From Mobula hypostoma (Eukaryota), in NCBI RefSeq assembly GCF_963921235.1, contig NC_086108.1, forward strand, positions 113,834,001-113,898,000: DNA of 64,000 bases. The letters run 5' to 3'. The first letter of the stretch is position 1; every line of letters begins with the position of its first letter. Below the pieces are notes generated by a model. The model was not told the DNA's origin, did no database searches, and was given only the letters and a program-made list of their open reading frames with translations. This document shows, in pieces, positions 1 to 11,149 of the stretch. The position numbers were made by a program, and so were the translations under genes.

Positions 1-269
1 CATGACTGTGTCGCCACCACAGCTCCAATCTGCTAATTAAATTTGCAGATGATACTACATTGATAGGCCTAATCCGAGATAATAATGAAGCAGCCAAAGA
101 GAAGAAGTCATCACCCTGATACAGTGTTTCAAGAGAACAACCTCTCCCTCAATGTTGCAGAAACAAAGAAGCTGGTTTTGGACTACAGTTGGAATGGGAA
201 CAGGCCAACTCCTATTGACATCAATGGATCTGGGGTTGAGAGGGTGAACAGCTTCAAGTTCCTCAGTAT
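1..269 (+). mobile_element. Rex1/Babar-like LINE, RT fragment (left part; continues at 3433)
   Basis: HDCVATHSSNLLIKFADDTTLIGLI and LSLNVAETKKLVLDY...FKFL motifs, frameshifted. Confidence 0.8.
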
Positions 270-2556
270 CTCAGTATCTGTGACCAGGTCAGGTCACAGA
301 TCTCTCAGTGGGTGAACATCTGGGGGACAGTGACCACTGCTCCCTGGCCTTTAGCATTATCATGGAAAAGGATGGAATCAGAGAGGGCAGGACAATTTTT
401 AATCGGGGAAGGGCAAATTATGAGGCTATAAGGTTAGAACTTGCGGGTGTGAACTGGGATAATGCTTTTGCAGGGAAATGTACTATAGACATGTGGTCGA
501 TGTTTAGGGATCTCTTGCAGGATGTTAGGGATAAATTTGACCCGGTGAGGAAAATAAAGAATGGTAGGGTGAAGGAACCATGGGTGATTAGTGAGGTGGA
601 AAATCTAGTCAGGTGGAAGAAGGCAGCATACATAACGTTTAGGAAGCAAGGATCAAATGGGTCTATTGAGGAATATAGAGTAGCAAGAAAGGAGATTAAG
701 AAGGGGCTGAGAAGAGCAAGAAGGGGGCATGAGAAGGCCTTGGCGAGTAGGGTAAAGGAAAACCCCAAGGCATTCTTCAATTATGTGAAGAACAAAAGGA
801 TGACAGGAGTGAAGGTAGGACCAATTAGAGATAAAGGTGGGAAGATGTGCCTGGACGCTGTGGAAGTGAGCGAGGTCCTCAATGAATACTTTTCTTTGGT
901 ATTCACAAATGAGAGGGAATTTGATGGTGAGGACAATATCAGTGAGATTGATGTTCTGGAGCATGTAGATATTAAGGGAGAGGAGGTGTTGGAGTTGTTA
1001 AAATACATTAGGACGGATAAGTCCCCGGGGCCTGACGGAATATTCCCCAGGCTGCTCCACGAGGCGAGGAAAGAGATTGCTGAGCCTCTGGCTAGGACTT
1101 TTATGTACTCGTTGTCCACGGGAATGGTACCGGAGGATTGGAGGGAGGCGAATGTTGTCCCCTTGTTCAAAAAAGGTAGTAGGGATAGGCCGGATAATTA
1201 TAGACCAGTGAGCCTTACGTCTGTGGTGGGAAAGCTGTTGGAAAAGATTCTTAGAGATAGGATCTATGGGCATTTAGAGAATCATGGTCTGATCAGGGAC
1301 AGTCAGCATGGCTTTGTGAAGGGCAGATCGTGTCTAACAAGCCTGATAGAGTTCTTTGAGGAGGTGACCAGGCATATAGATGAGGGTAGTGCAGTGGATG
1401 CGATCAACATGGATTTTAGTAAGGCATTTGTCAAGGTTCCGCATGGTAGGCTTATTCAGAAAGTCAGAAGGCATGGATGTTTGGCCAGGTGGATTCAGAA
1501 TTGGCTTGCCTGCAGAAGGCAGAGGGTCATAGTGGAGGGAGTACATTCAGGTTGGAGGGTTGTGACTAGTGATGTCCCACAAGGATCTGTTCTGGGATCT
1601 CTACTCTTCGTGATTTTTATAAACGACCTGGATGTGGGGGTAGAAGGGTGGGTTGGCAAGTTTGCAGACGACACAAAGGTTGGTAGTGTTGTAGATAGTG
1701 TTGGGGATTGTCGAAGATTGCAGAGAAACATTGACAGGATGCAGAAGTGGGTTGAAAAGCGGCAGATGGAGTTCAACCCAGAGAAGTGTGAGGTGGTACA
1801 CTTTGGAAGGACAAACTCCAAGGCAGAGTACAAAGTAAATGGCAGGATACTTGGTAGTGTGGAGGAGCACAGGGATCTGGGGGTACATGTCCACAGATCA
1901 CAGAAAGTTGCCTCACAGGTGGATAGGGTAGATAAGAAAGCTTATGGGGTGTTAGCTTTCATAAGTTGAGGGATAGAACTTAAGAGTCGCGATGTAATGA
2001 TGCAGCTCTATAAAACTCTGGATAGGCCACAATTGGAGTACTGTGTCCATTTCTGGTCGCCTCACTATAGGAAGGATGTGGAAGCATTGGAAAGGGTACA
2101 GAGGAAATTTACCAGGATGCTACCTGGTTTAGAAAGTATGCATTACGATCAGAGATTAAGGGAGCTAGGGCTTTACTCTTTGAAGAGAAGGAAGATGAGA
2201 AGAGACATGATAGAGGTATACAAGATATTAAGAGGAACAGATAGAGTGGATTGCCAGCGCCTCTTCCCCAGGGCACCACTGCTCAATACAAGAGGACATG
2301 ACTTTAAGGTAAGGGGTGGGAAGTTCAAGGGGGATATTAGAAGAAGGGTTTTTACTCAGAGAGTGGTTGGTGCATGGAATGCACTGCCTGAGTCAGTGGT
2401 GGAGGCAGATACACTTGTGAAGTTTAAGAGACTACTAGACAGGTATATGGAGGAATTTAAGGTGGAGGGTTATATGGGAGGCAGGGTTTGAGGGTCAGCA
2501 CAACATTGTGGGCCGAAGGGCCTGTAATATGCTGTACTATTCTATGTTCTATGTTC
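270..2556 (+). mobile_element. CR1 LINE, 5'-truncated, ORF2 RT largely open
   Basis: ORFs 308-1969 and 1997-2491 with KSPGPDG, NYRPVSLTS, QHGF, DFSKAF, PQGSVLG and FADD motifs; (TTCTATG)n 3' tail at ~2538-2556. Confidence 0.95.
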
Positions 2557-2574
2557 TAAATCAACAATTATTCC

Positions 2575-2750
2575 AGGGCCAAAATCAACTAGATTTTCCC
2601 CTTTTTCATATTTGGTATGAACAACAACTGAACTTCTTGACCAAGTCTGCATGTTTTTATGCATTGAGTTGCTGCCACATGATTGGCTGATTAGATATTT
2701 GCATTAATGAGCAGTTTACAGGTGTACCTAACAAAGTGGCCACCAAATGT
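2575..2750 (-). mobile_element. Tc1/mariner transposon end fragment
   Basis: The reverse complement matches the Tc1-type end at 53574-53855 (cagtggccactttattaggtacacctg-like). Confidence 0.65.
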
Positions 2751-3099
2751 AGATTTTGACCTACATCCACATTTCCCTTAATTTGAAGCTCCCAAATATT
2801 TAACAGAGCCTGCTGTTAGTTAGATTTGACCTTGGACACTGAGGTTTCTACATTCCTTGTGTGCCTTGTGCAAGTTAATAACTTTGCTTAGAGAGAAACA
2901 AAATATCTGGGACTTAACTGTACAGAAAACTATCTACCAAATGAACCGAAAAGTTGTGAAGTTAGCAGTCCTAAATCTGAGAGGGAAGAATGAATTGTGT
3001 TGAGCAAATTCAGAATCAAAACCAGGTTTTTTATCACTGATATATGTCATGAAAATTGTTGTTTCTGTAGCAGTACACTGCGTAACATTAAAAGTTACA

Positions 3100-3432
3100 A
3101 ACTATTAAGAGGAATAGATAGAGTGGACAACCAGCACCTCTTCCCCAGGGCACCACTGCTCAACACAAGAGGACATGGCTTTAAAGTAAGGGGTGGGAAG
3201 TTCAAGGAGGATATTAGAGTAAGGTTTTTTTTTTACTCAGAGAGTGGTTGGTGCATGGAATGCACTGCCTGAGTCAGTGGTGGAGGCAGATACACTAGCG
3301 AAATTTAAGAGATTACTAGACAGGTCTCTGGAGGAATTTAAGGTGGGGCTTGTATGGGAGGCAGTGTTTAAGGGTTGGCACAAGATTGTGGGCCGAAGGG
3401 CCTGTACTGTGCTGTACTATTCTATGTGTTAT
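3100..3432 (+). mobile_element. CR1 3'-end fragment, same subfamily as 270-2556
   Basis: Close copy of ~2225-2552 (LFPRAPLLNTRGH...VGAWNALPESVVEADTL) with a tail. Confidence 0.9.
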
Positions 3433-4035
3433 GTATACATATCACCAAGGACCTCACTTGGTCAGTACATACCGGCTGTGTGGTGAAAAAAGCACAACAG
3501 CCCTCTTTCACCTCAGATGGTTGAAGAAGTTCAGCATGAGTCCCCAGATCCTAAGAACTTTCTACAGGGGCACAATTGAGAGCATCCTGACTGGCTGCAT
3601 CACTGTAATTTCCTCAATCGCAGATCTCTGCAGAGAGTGGTGCGGATAGCCCAGCAAATCTGTGGATGTGAAGTTCCTACTATTCAGGACATCTACAAAG
3701 ACAGTTGCCTAAAAATGGCCCGAAGGATCACTGGGGATCCAAGCCACCCCAACCACAAACTGTTCCAGCTGCTACCATCTGGGAAATGGTACTGCAGCAT
3801 TGAAGCCAGGACTAACAGGCTCCTGGACAGCTTCTTCCACCAGGCCATCAGACTGATTAATTCATGCTGAGCTATATTGAGTATTTCTGAGCTATATTGA
3901 CTGTTCTGCTGTACTCTTACTGAATTATTACAAATACTATTCTAATTGCTATACTACTACAAATTACTAATCTGCACATTGCACATTCAGATGGAGACGT
4001 AACATAAAGATTTTTACTCATGTATGTGAAGAATG
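3433..4035 (+). mobile_element. Rex1/Babar-like LINE (right part, 3' end)
   Basis: Resumes IHITKDLTWS; FYRGTIESILTGCIT, DPSHPNHKLFQLLPSG and DSFFHQAIRLIN motifs; (CAATT)n tail. Confidence 0.8.
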
Positions 4036-4039
4036 TAAG

Positions 4040-4335
4040 AAATAGTCAATTCAATTCCTCTATCAGATTTCCCCTTCTCCAGCTCTGTATCTCTTTCACC
4101 AATTAATTTCCCAGCTCTTTACTTCACCTCTCTCCTCCTCCTCAGTTTCACCCATCACCTCCCAATCCCCACTTTCTTACTCTGACTCATCTTTTTTCCA
4201 GTCCTGATGAAGCATTTCAGCCCAAAACATTGACTGTACTATTTTCCATAGATGCTGCCTGACCTGCTGAGTTCCTCTCACAGTTTGTGTGTGTTGCTTG
4301 GATTTCCAGCATCTGCAGATTTGCGCTTTTTGTGA
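4040..4335 (+). mobile_element. Old Penelope-like element 3'/pLTR fragment with degenerate hammerhead
   Basis: Pyrimidine tract, cagtcCTGATGA...cattgactg, and a gatgctgcctgacctgctga...ccagcatctgcag end homologous to the PLE arms at 5557-7663. Confidence 0.65.
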
Positions 4336-5904
4336 TTTCGCTATTACTTGCTGATTCTACGTTTTCGTCTATCTACTTGTTTATTGTAACTTAACAGTAA
4401 TTTTTAATGTCTTACACTGCACTGCTGCCACAAAGTAACAAATTTCATTACATATGTCAGTGCAACAAGCCAATTCTGATTCTCAGAAAGTGAATCTCAG
4501 GGGAGTATATGGTGACATTCCTCATCCAGGATATGCCCTCTTCTCATTGCTACCGTCAGGGAGGACATACAGAAACCTGAAAACACACTCAGCGCTTTAG
4601 GAATAGCATCTTCCCCGGAATGGATAATGAACTGATGACACGACCCTCAAATTTTTTGCTTTCTTTTTGCACTACATATTTATTTTTACATACTTATTAT
4701 AATTTACAGATTTTTAAAATCATATATTGTAATGTACTACCGCAAAACAAATGTCACGATAAATTCTAGTGACATTAAATCTGATTGTAATTCTGACATA
4801 TATGTACTTCGATATTAAACTTATTTTGAACTTTGATTCTGATCTGCACTTCTTCCAACCTGGTTTACTGTATTTAATGTTCATGATATGACTTCCTTTC
4901 CAGTGGTGAAATTATACATATTCTGGACAACTATTTTAATGAGCCTCTATTCTCTGCCACAACAGCCAACTCAAGCTTCAGGTTGCACATTATTTTAAGT
5001 ATCCTTGCTGATTCCCCCCACTGCCTGGTCTGTTCTTTAGCAACTCCACTGCTACGGAGGGGTCAAATGCAAATTGTAAGAACAATATCTCATATTTCCC
5101 TTGTGCAGCTTACTGCCCAATGGTCTAAACACTAAATTTTCCAATTTCAGGTAACCCACACACCAGTGCTCTCCTCCACACACAGTCATCTGTCCATCAG
5201 GTTTTCTTCTCCCTTAGTTTCTCTCTCTCTGCCCTCCATCCGCCATCTCCTCCACTCACCTGGTTCCATTTGTTCATCACCCCTTCATCAGCCCCTATCC
5301 CATGGCCTACCCCAAACCCTATCCCTATGCTGCTCTACAGCAATCTTTCCTCTTTCCCATCAGTTCTGATAAAAGACCTCAATGGAAAATATGAACTTCC
5401 ATCTTTTGTCTCTGCAGATGTTGTTTGACCCACTGAGTTCTCTCAGCATTGTTTTTATGTATTTACCGTTAACTTTGGTGAAATTCCAAGTGTTCCAGTG
5501 CCTTGGAGATATAAAGCAGGAGAAAGACAAACAAAAATATACTTATAAATATCTCAAACACGAGGAATTCTGCAGATGCTGGAAACTCAAGCAACACACA
5601 TCAAAGTTGCTGGTGAACGCAGCAGGCCAGGCAGCGAGAGGTACAGTCGACGTTTCGGGCCGAGACCCTTTGTCAGGACTAACTGAAGGAACAGCTAGTA
5701 AGAGATTTGGAAGTGGAAGGGGGAGGGGAAGATCCAAAATGATAGGATAAGACAGGAAGGGGAGGGATGGAGCCAAGAGCTGGACAGGTGATTGGCAAAA
5801 GGGATATGAGAGGATCATGGGACAGGAGGCCCAGGGAGAAAGAAAGGGGGAGAGGGGGAAAAACCCAGAGGATGGGCAAGGGGTATAGTTAGAGGGACAG
5901 AGGG

Positions 5905-5995
5905 AGAAACATAGAAAATAGGTGCAGGAGTAGGCCATTCGGCCCTTCGAGCCTGCACCACCATTTATTATGACCATGGCTGATCATCCAACTCA
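5905..5995 (-). mobile_element. Short CR1 3'-tail insertion inside the PLE arm
   Basis: Nearly identical to the CR1 3' end at 40204-40295; absent from the partner arm. Confidence 0.8.
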
Positions 5996-7565
5996 AAAAG
6001 GAGAGTGAGAGAAAGAATGTGTGTATATAAATAAATAATGGATGGGGTACGAGGGGGAGGTGGGGCATTAGCAGAAGTTTGAGAAGTTAATGTTCATGTC
6101 ATCAGGTTGGAGGCTACCCAGACGGAATATAAGGTGTTGTTCCTCCAACCTGAGTGTGGCTTCATCTTTACAGTAGAGGAGGCCGTGGATAGACATGTCA
6201 GAATGGGAATGGGACATGGAATTAAAATGTGTGGCCACTGGGAGATCCTGCTTTCTCTGGCGGATGGAGCGTAGGTGTTCAGCAAAACGATCTCCCAGTC
6301 TACATTGGGTCTCGCCAATATATAGAAGGCCACATCGGGAGCACCGGACGCAGTACATCACCCCAGCTGGCTCACAGGTGAAGTGTCGCCTCATCTGTAA
6401 GGACTGTCTGGGGCCCTGAATGGTGGTGAGGGAGGAAGTGTAAGGTATGTTTAGCACTTGTTCCACTTACAAGGATAAGTGCCAGGAGGGAGATCAGTGG
6501 GGAGGGATGGGGGGGGGGGTGAATGGACAAGGGAGTTGCGTAGGGAGCGATCCCTGCGGAAAGCAGAGAGTGGGGAGGGAAAGATGTGCTTAGTGGTGGG
6601 ATCCCGTTGGAGGTGGCGGAAGTTACGGAGAATAATATGTTGGACCCAGAGGCTGGTGGGGTGGTAGGTGAGGACCAGGGTTCCAACATATTATTCTCCG
6701 TTGCTCCTGCCACCTCCAACGGGATCCCACCACTAAGCACATCTTTCTCTCACCCCCTTCTCTGCTTTCTGCAGGGATCGCTCCCTACGCAACTCCCTTG
6801 CCTATTCGTCCCCCCCATCACTCCCCACCGATCTCCCTCCTGGCACTTATCCTTGTAAGCGGAACAAGTGCTACACATGCCCTTACACTTCCTCCCTTAC
6901 CACCATTCAGGGCCCCAGACAGTCCTTCCAGGTGAGGCAACACTTCACCTGTGAGTCAGCTGGGGTGATATACTGCGTCCGGTGGTCCCGATGTGGCCTT
7001 CTATATATTGGGAAGACCCGACGCAGACTGGGAGATCGTTTTGCTGAACACCTACGCTCTGTCCGCCAGAGAAAGCAGGATCTCCCAGTGGCCACACATT
7101 TTAATTCCATGTCCCATTCCCATTCTGATATGTCTATCCACGGCCTCCTCTACTGTAAAGATAAAGCCACACTCAGGTTGGAGGAACAACACCTTATATT
7201 CCGTCTGGGTAGCCTCCAACCTGATGGCATGAACATTCACTTCTCTAACTTCTGCTAATGCCCCACCTCCCCCTGTACCCCATCCATTATTTATTTATAT
7301 ACACACATTCTTTCTCTCTCTCTCTCTCTCTCCTTTTTCTCCCTCTGTCCCTCTGACTATACCCCTTGCCCATCCTCTGGGTTTTTCCCCCTCTCCCCCT
7401 TTTCTTTCTCCCTGGGCCTCCTGTCCCATGATCCTCTCATATCCCTTTTGCCAATCACCTGTCCAGCTCTTGGCTCCATCCCTCCCCCTCCTGTCTTCTC
7501 CTATCATTTTGGATCTCCCCCTCCCCCTTCCACTTTCAAATCTCTTACTAGCTCTTCCTTCAGTT

Positions 7566-7601
7566 AGTCCTGACGAAGGGTCTCGACCGGAAACGTCGAC
7601 T
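7566..7601 (+). ncRNA. Minimal type I hammerhead ribozyme motif in PLE pseudo-LTR
   Basis: agtc-CTGACGA-agggtctcgaccg-GAAA-CGTC-gact: core boxes, stem I, palindromic ACGT stem III; stem II imperfect. Confidence 0.7.
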
Positions 7602-7694
7602 GTGCCTCTTCCTGGAGATGCTGCCTGGCCTGCTGCGTTCACCAGCAACTTTGATGTGTGTTGTTATAAATATCTCACCCCAGTATTCATAGTT

Positions 7695-8055
7695 AAGATA
7701 ATGTACAAGATAATGAGAAGCATTGATCGTGTGGATAGTCAGAGGCTTTTCCCCAGGGCTGAAATGGCTAGCACGAGAGGGCATAGTTTTAAGGTGCTTG
7801 GAAGTAGGTACAGAGGAAATGTTAGAGGTAAGTTGTTTTTTTTTTGCCGAGATTGGTGAGTGCGTTGAATGGGCTGCCAACAGCGGTGGTGGAGGCAGAA
7901 ATGATAGGGTCTTTTAAGAGGCTCCTAGTTGGCTACATGGAGCTTAGAAAAATAGAGGGCTATGGGTAAAGCCTAAGTAGTTCTAAGGTAGGGACATGTT
8001 CGGCACAGCTTTGTGGGCCGAAGGGCCTGTATTGCGCTGTATGTTTTCTATGTTT
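7695..8055 (+). mobile_element. CR1 3' fragment
   Basis: YKIMRSIDRVDSQRLFPRAEMASTRGH motif and CR1 3' UTR (gtgggccgaagggcctgt...ttttctatg). Confidence 0.85.
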
Positions 8056-8657
8056 AACTCTTCCTCCATCCCTCAACCCCCATTAATATCACAATTTATT
8101 TTCTAACCGCTGTTCCATTGCTCCTTGTGTAGCCTGCTATATGCAGTTTGAATTCCTACATTGTTAAATGCTATATAACAGTTTGGAACATAGAACATAA
8201 CAGCACAGTGCAGGCCCTTCGGCCCACAATACTGTGCCAACCTAATAATCTACTCTAAGATCAATTTAACCCTTTCCTCCTACATAACCCACCATCTTTC
8301 TATCATCCATGCCTATCTAAGGGTTTTTCTGTCATACCGATCCAAGAGTTTCTAAATGTCCCTAATGGATCTGCCTCTACCACCACTCCTGTCAGGTAGC
8401 ACACATCACCACCTGCGCAAAAAACTTACCTCTGACATCCCCTCCTCCACACTTTCCTCCAATCAACTTGAAATGATGCCCTTGTATTACTACCCTGGAA
8501 AAACTCTCCGGCTGTCCACTTGATCTATGGCTCTTATCATTTTAGAACAACCTGAGATGGTAATTTTCTTGTTTAAAAATATCCAACAATAACACTTCGC
8601 ATTTCAGAAATTAACATCAAGGTTCAAAAGATTTAAACGCGGAACTTCATTCCATAC

Positions 8658-8773
8658 TTCATCTGAACTTCCATGAGCACAGTGCTGAACTCAGGTGTGC
8701 AGAGCTGTTCAATGTACTCCAACCCTTTTGTTTCATTAAAGTACTTCCTCTGAACAGTACTGAGAACGACATT
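8658..8773 (-). CDS. MSH4: MSH4 coding exon (exon 5 equivalent)
   Basis: Acceptor tttcccacag|AAT, donor AA|GTATGG; 116 bp, phase 0/2. Encodes [39 protein letters not shown]. This frame is not in the ORF track. Confidence 0.96.
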
Positions 8774-9049
8774 CTGTGGGAAAGAGAAAGAAAACATTCT
8801 ACTACAGTTGGAAAAAATTGACTAATTTCATTATTTGCGCAACCCCATGTGAATCCCCATAAAGTTTCCATTAAGCTTAGAATAACAAATATATTTAATG
8901 TTCCATACAGACATGATATAAATAAATGTATAATCAGCATTGAGATCTGTGTGTTAATTCCAATGCATCCAAATGACCTTAGTCATAGATTACCAGATGT
9001 TTAATTTTCCTCCTAGAGCCATCTTCTAACAACATAGCCAAGATGATTT

Positions 9050-9322
9050 TATTTAGAGATATAATGTGGAATAGGCTCTTACAGCTCTTTGGGCCGCACC
9101 GTCCAACAGCCCAGATTGAACCCTAGCCCAATCTTGTGACAATCTACCATAACAAATTAAGCTACCCACCCTGTATATCTTTGGATTATGGGAGGAAACA
9201 GGAACACCTGGAGAAAACTCACGCATTCCACGATGAGGCTATACAGAGACCACCAGGATTGAATGCTCAACTCTGAAACCCCAAGCTGCAATAGTGCTAA
9301 TTGCTATGCTACCGCGGCACCC
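9050..9322 (-). mobile_element. tRNA-derived V-SINE (HE1-like), degenerate
   Basis: tRNA-like head, V-domain-like gttttctccaggtg..gtttcctcccata.tccaaaga, LINE-derived tail. Confidence 0.65.
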
Positions 9323-9999
9323 ACAGCTCTTTGAAATTTTGGTATCACCAATTCTCACAGCCATTCCCGCATCTTAACTGCTCCATCACTAGACTTTGGC
9401 CCAAATTTTAAGGCCCAGGCTATCGAAATTCCACCCAAATCTGACCAATTTTCCCTCCTCCTTTGAGACCAGGGGTTCCCAACGTGGGTTAATGGAAGGA
9501 GTCCATGGCATAAAAAAGGTTGGAAACCTCTGTTTTAGACACTCTTTAAACCTTACAGACCTTACAGCTCCTTTTCAGGGGCACTATGAAAAAAAAATCT
9601 GGTTACAATTCTGTTCAAGTACCAATGCACATTTATTACATTAAAGAGGTATTATATGTCCACCGTATATTGATGTTACTTTTCACTGTAATATGAAAAC
9701 CAACAACATTAATGTTCCATAATATTAAAGTCCATAGGTTTTAAGTCTCTTGTAAAGGAAGGGAAAGGCATTGAAAGATGAAAGGAGGAAATTTCAGAGC
9801 TCAATAAGGTATCTAAAAGGATGGTCAGCAATGGAATGCAAGGTTAGAGCCATGTACAGTATAAGAACTGAAGGAGCTCCAAAATCTTAAAAAACCATGA
9901 TAACATGATTGCAACACAATTATTAAACTGATAATCATGTTGCCCAAATGCCAAAATGTAGAACTAAATTACTGTTGAGAAGGTCTCCACAGTGCTTAC

Positions 10000-10110
10000 T
10001 TTGAAGTTCTCTGTGACAAGAGTGAAGAGTTTGGTCCCACTTCCTTTATCACAAGTAGTACTTGGCATTATAATTTCAAGAGGAGATAAAATCTGCAGTT
10101 TGGTAATGAC
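10000..10110 (-). CDS. MSH4: MSH4 coding exon (exon 4 equivalent)
   Basis: Acceptor gtgttacag|GTC, donor AAA|GTAAGC; 111 bp, phase 0/0. Encodes [37 protein letters not shown], the direct continuation of ...TYAK. Confidence 0.97.
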
Positions 10111-11149
10111 CTGTAACACAGACAAAATGCAATGTGACCCAGGGCAATGAAATAATAATTCAAGGTAATAAGATTTTGAAAAAAAGAAGTAATTTATCAC
10201 TTTATTAATAGTCAAAAATGATTAAAGCTTAATAAATCAATATAACATAAGTGGTCTATCAATGAACCATAGAATGGTTACAACATTGAAAGAGGCTACT
10301 ACTGTGTATGGATTCTCAGCTGAGGAAGGCATAGAGGGATACAAGCCTAATGCAGGCAAATTGATTAGCACAGGTAGACATCACAGTTAGTATGAACCAG
10401 ATGGGCTAAAAGTCACTTCTGTAATCTACAATTCTAGGTTTAAGCCTCCCCTCATGCTCACACCAGTCCCCTACCAGAATAACCCACAGGTTCTCCCCAA
10501 TAATTCTTTCTCCACTGTCAAGCAGATTATTCTCAAGTATATATTTGCCCATTTCCCTCCTGAAGGTCACAATGCTAAGTGCCTCTACCACATCTGTAGG
10601 CAGGCAATCCAGATTTTAAACAAAGACTGCACAAAACTTAAATACATATAACATGATACAGCACAGGAACAACCCTTTAGAACAGTACAACACAGTACAG
10701 GCACTTTGGTCCATGATGTTGTGCCAAACTTTTAACCTACTCTAAGATTAATTTAACCATTTCCTCCTACAAAGCCCTCCATTTTCTATCATCTGTGTAT
10801 CAATTTAAGAGCATCTTAAATAAGCCCAATGTGTACACCTCTATCACGAACCCTGGCACTGCACTGTACACACCTATCATTCTCTGTGTAAAAAACATAC
10901 CTCCGACATCTCCCCTGTACTTTCCTCCAATCACCATAAAATTCTGCTCTCTCATATTAGTTCACAGACCACTAATATTAGTAAAGAAATTAAATTCACA
11001 ATCAAATGTCCAACTAAATGAACTCCTTCTGCCTATATAATGTCCATATTCTTCCACTCTTGCACATTCATGTGCCCATCTAAGAGCCTAAGACCCTCTT
11101 GAACACCACTAATGTTAGAGTTAATTCTTTTCCCTTTACAATATAACAC

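Larger units (their letters stand above)
5557..7663. mobile_element. Penelope-like retroelement, inverted (two-arm) insertion with GIY-YIG endonuclease coding ends
   Basis: Minus arm ~5557-6680 and plus arm ~6681-7663, each with a GIY-YIG ORF (GVIYCVRC..CGLLYIGET.RRLGDRFAEH...PVATHFN...GMN). Flanked by 14-bp TSD ttataaatatctca at 5543-5556 and 7664-7677. Confidence 0.92.

Noticed and set aside
5557..7663. DNA transposon or foldback element with long TIRs, or an assembly artefact
   Set aside because: The arms encode PLE GIY-YIG, differ by substitutions and a private CR1 insert, and are bounded by a TSD.
1..8657. Next MSH4 exon (YYCLAA...) downstream of 8658
   Set aside because: No matching minus-strand frame seen in the non-repeat gaps; probably beyond the window start.
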